Positions 57,575 through 64,000 of a DNA stretch of 64,000 nt are shown piece after piece (the first letter of the stretch is position 1; every line of letters begins with the position of its first letter). The stretch lies in the NCBI RefSeq assembly GCF_009914755.1, contig NC_060946.1. One strand, given 5' to 3'. The stretch is from the human T2T-CHM13v2.0 reference genome, Homo sapiens. The position numbers and the translations under genes are program-made. The notes under the pieces are model-generated. The model had not been told where the DNA came from. It searched no databases and saw only the letters and a list, made by a program, of their open reading frames with translations.

Positions 57575-60500
57575 GGTGAGATGTGTTTGGAAAGGTTATT
57601 GGGAAGCTACAACTCTTTCTTGGAAGATTGAAATATTTCATTTACTTCCTAAACCCACGCTGCTGATTTTTTCCCCCTGGTCGGACACTTGGGGACAGCT
57701 GATTTGAGGGGGGATCCTCGGTTCGGCGTTGGCGGCATTTGGGCCGGTTCAGTGAAAGGCCCTTGTGTGAAAGCTGCTGTTTACGGTGGTGTAAAACGAA
57801 AAACAATTCGTAACTTTTTGTGGTAAAATGCCCCTTTATAGGTGCCTCACACAGGCCCAGCCAGTGGTCCTGGGGAGTTTGTGAGGAGCAAGAAAGGGGT
57901 GAAGGAATGCTTGCGTGCAATGATTATAGGGTTTCAAGGTAACGTGGAGATTAATTTTTTTCAAAGGTGGGTTTCAAAAGCCGAGGCAGCCTGCAGGCCA
58001 GCAATAGCTTCATTTTATTGGAGTTCATTGGCTCTAGCTCTTTGGGGTTTTAAAATACGTGTTTGTCCGTGTGTGTACGGAGCTAGGGTTAAAATGAAAC
58101 CCCAAACTGTGGGGGATTGAGCCTGCTTTTTAGTATGATTGTGTCACAGGTGCAATGTCCCCCCTGCCCTCCCCACCCTACTGAGGTGGTTTGGATAATC
58201 TTGCTGGGTGCTTTCACCACAAAATAATGGGGGGCCTGTTTCCATAACACCCCAGGGCCATGAGCTGGCTCTTGGAGGCTGTGTTTCTGGGAACAGGGAC
58301 AGAGGCCTGGGTAGTCCAGGCTTGCCTCATGCCTCCCTCCCACTCGGCTGCCTAGTGCCCTCCCCAAAAACCCCAAGGACTGAGGGGACCATTTCAGTCG
58401 GGTCCAGCCAGCCGCGGCCGGAGGTGGAAAGTTTGCCTCCGTGCTGGAAGAACTAACCTTGGCCGTCTTTTTTGCTGGGCTGCCTCTCCCATTGCCCCCT
58501 CGCTCCATTTTGGGCTTTTATTTATGACTTTATCAGAGGCAGTTAGCAGACATGAAACCTGGGGTGGGACATTCGGGGGCGATCTCAGAATCGGGGCGCA
58601 GCTGCAGAAGGCATGCCGTGATAGCCGGGAGCTTCTACTTGGCATGGCGTTGGCAGTGACGAGGTTGGTAATTAGAAGAAGCTCAAGTTCCACCGGGGCC
58701 TTGCCTGTAAAATGCTGGAGACGTTTACCCGGAGGCCACAGCAGACTGGGAACATAGCACGGAGGGCAGGCATGGTGTGGCACTCTACTGAGGCTGCGGG
58801 GAGTCCCTCTGGATTAAAACAGATTCCGAAACAAGCGGTATCCAGCTCTCCTGCTCCCACAGGCCAGACCTGGGGCTAGCCAGGGAAAGGCCTGAACGTC
58901 GGAGGAGGCAGTCTCCAGGGCCGCCAAGTGAGGGCTGCTATTCGTCAAAGCTCCAGAGCCCTGTCTCCTGCCACACAGTGTGGCCCTGGCCCATGAAATG
59001 GGATGAGGTCAAGATTCTGCAGCCAACAGTTGGGGCCAGCGCTGGGCACAGAAGCCCTGGCGAGGCCCTGTCCTGCCTTTGTCCATGTTCCTTAGAGCCA
59101 GCTCAGCCTGACAGAGTCTCAGGGTCCCACCAGGGGCTTCCCAGTGGTGTTGGAGTCTCCCATCCCGGCACAGTTCATTTTTGAGGGCACACACACAAAA
59201 GAGAAGGCTCTGAAAATGAAACTGACACTTGTCTGTTTTTTTAATCACCTCTGGATTTAACATCAAGAATGTGGAAAGCAGTGGCCCAGGGCCACAAGGA
59301 CTATGGTGTGGGCTGGTGGAAGGATGGGCCCCGGTTTTTCTGGTTTTGTTTTAAACCGGGGCCTACCCCAGGATAGTCCGTTGCCTGTGCTGGGGCCTCA
59401 CCAGGCCCCAGACCCTCCTGGGTGAGAAGGGTCTCCAGGGTGCTGATGGGGACGAGCTGGGCTCCACTTGGGCAGTGCCCCTCTGCCATGTTGAGGTCTC
59501 GTGCACACTGCCTGAGCAGGTGCAGGCCAGCAGTTTGCCTTGCTCCGCAGCAACAGCGTGGTGCTTTGCAGCAGGGTTACCTTTTGTTATGTGGTTTGCA
59601 CCTGGCTGGGTCAGGCTGTCCGTGTGAACCTGTCTCACTCCCTCCGACCCCCTAAAGGGCGGTGGGGCCTTTCCTACCTAGCATGGATGGCGTGTGACTG
59701 GAAGGCAGACCGTGTGGCCCAGGAGGAACTGGGAAAAGCTCTGCCCACCCAGATGGGCACCCTGCCTGGGCAGGTGCTGCCTCGTGTCCAGGGGAACCTC
59801 TCGTGCAGTGTAGATGCATGCATGTGCTGAAGGGCGGCCTCTGGGAAGGGAGGGGTCCTTCCAGGCCGGGCAGGAAACACCATAAAGCCACCATGCTTCC
59901 TTGGGGTGTTGTCGCTGGGTTTTGAGGGTTCTTTGCATGTTTGGGGAGAGAGGAGAATGCTCTTGCCGAAATCGCAGCAAGCTGGAGTCTTTGCACCCTG
60001 AGCTTCAGTCTGCCCCTGCCCCTCCCTGGGTGACCCTGGCACATCTGAGCTCCTCCCTCAGCCTGGATTCTGAGCTGTAAAGCGGGAAGAGTGTTAACCC
60101 ACCTCAGAGACTTCAAACATTATTTCCATAAAGCACCATTCCAGGCACGTTGTCGGGGAGGGGCGGGACATAAATGGCTACTGCTGTTGTCACTTATTGT
60201 TGTCAACAATAATCACTGTTGTTGTTTAATTTTTATTTATTTTACTTGCCACTACTATTATTTTATATATTGTATGATGTTATATTCTAAGTAACAGATA
60301 ACCCAACTTCGGTCTCATCAGAAAATGAACCAAGAAGTTTACTCTCCCGGCCCCACAGGTGGGAGCAAAAGTGGACCTTGATGATACCTCCCAGGTAGAC
60401 TGGCAGGAGGTTGCAGAGCCAGCACTTTTCTCACCACAGGGACTTGGTGTGAATGTGGCTTCCAGATGCATCTTGCACCTCACATTGGGTACACAAGATG

Positions 60501-63500
60501 AGACCAGGGTCTCCTTGGGGACCCGGGAAGTGCTGACGGAGGAGGCACTCCTTCCCAGGGACAGGACGGAAAGCATGCCTGGGTGCTGGCTCTGGATCTG
60601 ACCTTTGCCCCCCCCCCCACTTCAGGGGCAGGAAAGAAGGGGGCAGGACGTCCTGATGCAGGGGCCCAGAGCAGCCACACCAGCCACCAGCGTCCTCGCT
60701 GGAAATGCAGATGGTGATTTGTTGGGAGGGTTTCACCACTCTGACGAGCTAATTGTTCTTTGGCCTGGTACGTTAACCAAAATGCTTGCTTTGGAGAATT
60801 TTCCCTCCTAGCTGGTTGTTCAGGAAGACCCAGCAAGATCGTCCTTGCTGAAAACATCTTGTCGGAATAAGAGAGAGCTCTAAATGGCATGGGTCATGCT
60901 TTCTGATGTTATAGAACTGAGTAGGGAGAAAAAGCAACAATTGTCTCCAAGCAGAGACAATGGATCTTTCATATGAAATATTTATTTTCAGGGCTGCCCA
61001 GTGTTCCCTGGGCTGGGACGGTCCGTGGAGCTCGAGCATCCGGGAATGGCAAGCCCCAAACATGTAGTTGGGGACAGAGATTTAGAGAAGAAAAAAGAAA
61101 GTCTCCTGACCCGTGGTTCTTGAACAATTTCAGTGGGCACGTCTGGCTTTCTTTGTCGAGTGGAGGCTAAGCTTGCACGAGTTAATTTTGTTTTCTTCCG
61201 TGATTTTTTTTTGAAAGCCGCAGGGCTGCACTTGGCGAGTGCTAGAAAGACGGCCACGTTTGGGATCGTGGGCCGGATGGGGCCTCCGTCGGCCAGGCCC
61301 AGTTGGCCTTAGCCGGCTGGGTCACAAAATGGAAGTGTGAGGAAAAATAGAGCCCAGAAGAGGAAGGGTCTGTCCCCAAAGGGCTAAGGGAGAGGCCATC
61401 GAGAGGGCGATTTGGGCCAATATTTGTGGTTTCCCAGTGTCTGCTCCTCCCCAAATTCCATTCTCAGATGAACTTGGGAGTGGCCCGTAGGTTGTGGGAG
61501 AGTCTGGCCTGACTTGGTGAAGCCACACACAAGCAAACACCCTTCCAGGCTGGAGAGGGTGTTTTTGTAACTCTGACAAATGTGGCCCAGAGTTATGGCT
61601 CCGTGAATATTTTCTGAATCGACAGAATGAAGAGGCCTACACATGAGCCATCCCCTGGTCCCTTCTCTGAGGTGCTGGAGGAGCTGCCCCGGAGAAGCCA
61701 GGCCAGAGTCCAGGCTCCCGTTAGCAGATGTGGGAGGAGCGGGCCGTGCTGGGGCCGTAGTGAAGCGATCTGTGGTGCTCGGGGAGCGTTGGGAAGGCTG
61801 AGGTGGCCCATCAGCTGGGGACACCCGGCACATTACGGGGACCTGTCTGGACACCCCAGCGATGCCTTGAAGGAGGACAGATGAGGGAGTGGCCCTGATC
61901 AGGTGGGGGACCAGGGTCACCCAAGCAGCTTTCTTGGCCAGTTATATCTGGCTTCAGAAATGAGGTTTTATTTTTTCGTCAATCGGCTGTCACGTTTTAT
62001 TTTTCTTTCAATGCCAGAGCTTCTCAGCTTGGCCCCTGTAGCCCTGTACGTTAGCCCACTCAGAAGAGAGCTCTCTTTCAGGGTGTCCAGGAGCCTCTGA
62101 CACTATAGGTAGAATTGGTATAATGGAAATCATGAAAAAGAATGAAATTTTGTGACAATGGGCAGAAAAACCCCAAAACCAGGTTTCTAGTCACTTTTTT
62201 GTGCGTGGTGGGAGGCAGTTTGAAAGTAAAACGGAAATCAGGGATGGGAAGCTTCTTGGTGGGGTCTGGACTGGGGAGTCTCATCTTTCTGACCACCCAG
62301 GAACCTGTGTGGAGAGAGTGGCTGGGCCACTGTCCAGCCAGCGCCGAGAGGGTTTCCGAGTAGAGATGTTACCGCAGGGTCACCGGTTAGTGTTGTAAAA
62401 TAAGACTGGTGGTTGTGGATACTAAACGTGTGCATGAGATCTACACGGTAAAAAGGCCAAACAATTTTTTAAGCAGTGATAGAATTTTCCCTCCAGATTT
62501 AGAAGGAATCGTCCCTGATGCTTCTGGCTTTCTAAAACCAGGGCGGTTTTACCCCCCGCCCCGTGGAACGCCCTTTCCTTCATTCTGGCATTTCAGATGG
62601 CAGGAAGAGCATTTAGCTGAAATATTTACCTGCTGATTTGGGGTTCTTAAATTTAGAATCCCCTTTCATGTGTTTAAGAGAGATATTTACATTCAAATCA
62701 GCCTTTTATAATTACATTTTAAATTATAATAAAATGATGGTGCCGGCGCTCCAGTTTTCCGTGTCTTTTAACTGTAAGAGAAGCTGCCGTGAATTGAATG
62801 GGGGCTACCCATCACCCAGAGTCCCCGCTGCCCACCGTGTGGGTTCTGGCCTGCCCGGGCACACGTGTCCTGAGCATGGCAGCTACATGGGTGTTACCTG
62901 TGGGGCCCTCCCCGCACTGCCAGGAGAAGGGCCTGACGGGGATTCTGGCCCCACACAGTGCGATGGTTGCCCAGCCTCACCGCCTGCAGCTCCATCTGAG
63001 AAGGGCCTGATACGGGCTGGGGTCCAGGCCCACTGCCCTCATGTCCTGAGCCCCACGGTGGCCTGCAGGCCTGGTTTGGAGGCCATTATCTCCTCGGCGG
63101 CCAGCCGGGCACAGCAGTGGCCACTTCTGGTCGAGGCAGTTCTGTGGGTGAGGGGCGAGCATCGCCTCCTGCAACCGTAACCCAGGCCCTGCCTCCCCTG
63201 CCATGCCCCTGTGGGTCCCGTCGTTGCCATCTTGTCCTCAGTGGCTTCCCGATGTTGCCTGCTGGCAGGGCAGGCCCCGTGCCATGGAGCATGAGGGACC
63301 CTTCCCCTCCCAGGGCCAGGCTTTTGGCAGCCAGGCCAAGCCGCTGCTGGAATGGAATTCCCGGCGTTCCTGGTGGGGCGCATGGCATCGGAATCCTACC
63401 TGCTTTGTCTCTGGCATCAGCTGGTGAGCCAGTCACGTGGCCGTGTGCGTGAGACCAGAGCCCAGGACTGAGGGCTCCTCCCGGGCGCTTCCTCCTCGCT

Positions 63501-64000
63501 CACTCACCCCCACCCCCTTTTTTTGGCTTTCAGCAGGACTGGCTCTGAGCAGGCGTAAAACAGTGTTAAAACTGAATCCGGGCAGCAGGGAGCTCCTGTC
63601 CACGGCGGCAGGCTCTCACAGTCCACCGGGCTCTCGCGGTCCACCCAGACCACCCTTTACCTCGAGTCCTTATGCACAGAAAGGCCCTGATATGTCCCAT
63701 ACACTCAGGAGTTAGGCCCAGAGCTGGGCAGTGGTCACTCCACGCCATTCCCTCTGGTGTAGAGCTGGCCCTGCCTGCCCCCAGACGGCCGTGGGGTGGG
63801 TGGCACCGCTTCCTGGGGAACCCCTTCCCACACTTCTGGCCTTGTTTCTCACCCACACAAGGACACCCCAGTGGTCACTGCTGCAGCTCGCGGTCACATA
63901 GAGGGTGAGAGGGGAGAGCTGGACAAACAGGTGACCCAGCAGACCCAGCCTGATGCCCGCAGGAGAGAGCAACGGGGTCTGATATTTTGTCTCCAAATGA

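Overview
Human (primate) genomic DNA that I recognise as chr22q13.31, between WNT7B and the let-7a-3/let-7b cluster. The anchor is PRR34 (C22orf26) on the minus strand, which I can rebuild exactly as a 138-aa spliced ORF (38674-38331 joined to 36479-36407). Overlapping it is PRR34-AS1 (+ strand, exons supported by splice and poly(A) signals). LINC00899 (-) probably spans ~24.5-29.4 kb, and the upstream promoter region of MIRLET7BHG follows; the let-7 hairpins themselves are not in the window. There is no conserved protein-coding gene, but there are six CpG islands. About 20 Alus, plus L1, L2, MIR, MaLR LTR and hAT fossils, lie in the first 44.7 kb; the last ~19 kb is Alu-free. The most notable observations are: PRR34 appears assembled from transposon parts; there are spliced microprotein ORFs with alternative C-termini in PRR34-AS1; a TSD-flanked L1 3' transduction; a higher-order VNTR born inside an L2; a 23-bp inverted repeat next to a CCAAT/YY1/CRE promoter; an orphan GC-box/ETS promoter with a hairpin; and recurrent POU motifs across islands. 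I found no evidence for a wholly new biological system. Locus names and repeat-family calls come from recall, not database searches, and boundaries of old repeats are approximate.
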